This document shows positions 63,778-64,000 of a stretch of DNA of 64,000 nt, one piece after another. Where the stretch lies: contig NC_043021.1 of NCBI RefSeq assembly GCF_006345805.1, forward strand, positions 3,534,001 through 3,598,000, given 5' to 3'. Under the pieces are notes generated by a model. That model saw only the letters and a program-made list of their open reading frames with translations, made no database searches and had not been told where the DNA came from. A program made the position numbers and the translations under genes. Each line of letters opens with the position of its first letter. The stretch's first letter is position 1. This DNA is from Octopus sinensis (taxonomy: Eukaryota).

Positions 63778-64000
63778 GGTACTGTGTGTGTACAGGACCT
63801 CTGTAATGCTATGATGGACCGTGAAGTCTGGCGTAGCATGGTAAATTCCATTGTCTCGGCCACTGTCGAACAATGATGATGGTACTGTGTGTGTACAGGA
63901 CCTCTGTAATGCTATGATGGACCGTGAAGTCTGGCGTAGCATGGTAAATTCCATTGTCTCGGCCACTGTCGAACAATGATGATGGTACTGTGTGTGTACA
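63778..64000 (+). repeat. 103-bp tandem repeat derived from an RTE LINE 3' end (runs off the window end)
   Basis: Unit starts at 63778, 63881 and 63984; ~80 nt matches the reverse complement of 53466-53550. Confidence 0.92.

Overview
AT-rich, microsatellite- and SINE-rich eukaryotic DNA. The repeat families look like those of an octopod cephalopod (Octopus sp.); this assignment is from recall, not a search. The main gene is a plus-strand eIF4G (translation initiation factor 4 gamma). I read 18 GT-AG coding exons by hand from 35118 to the stop at 58212. All splice phases are compatible and give about 1047 aa: eIF4E-binding motif YDRDTLL, MIF4G, an RS/RE-rich linker, MA3 and W2. No canonical N-terminal/PABP-binding exon is visible in the upstream 35 kb, only short candidate exons. 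The most plausible start exon is 24330-24431. A ~3.7 kb repeat-free stretch after the stop looks like a long 3'UTR. The introns and flanks hold at least five SINE-like families, ~228-bp TTAA/piggyBac-type MITEs, mariner, hAT and Helitron-like relics, RTE and CR1-type LINE fragments, and two minisatellites. Top hunt results: (1) a complete type I hammerhead ribozyme with an unusually long stem II on the same strand as eIF4G (12043-12128), inside a (TA)n-flanked cassette; (2) a second, compact hammerhead on the minus strand (16855-16902) next to an inverted repeat; (3) an intronic duplicate of part of a downstream eIF4G exon plus its donor site, which forms an in-frame cryptic exon (50916-50991); (4) a 103-bp tandem repeat built from an RTE LINE 3' end.
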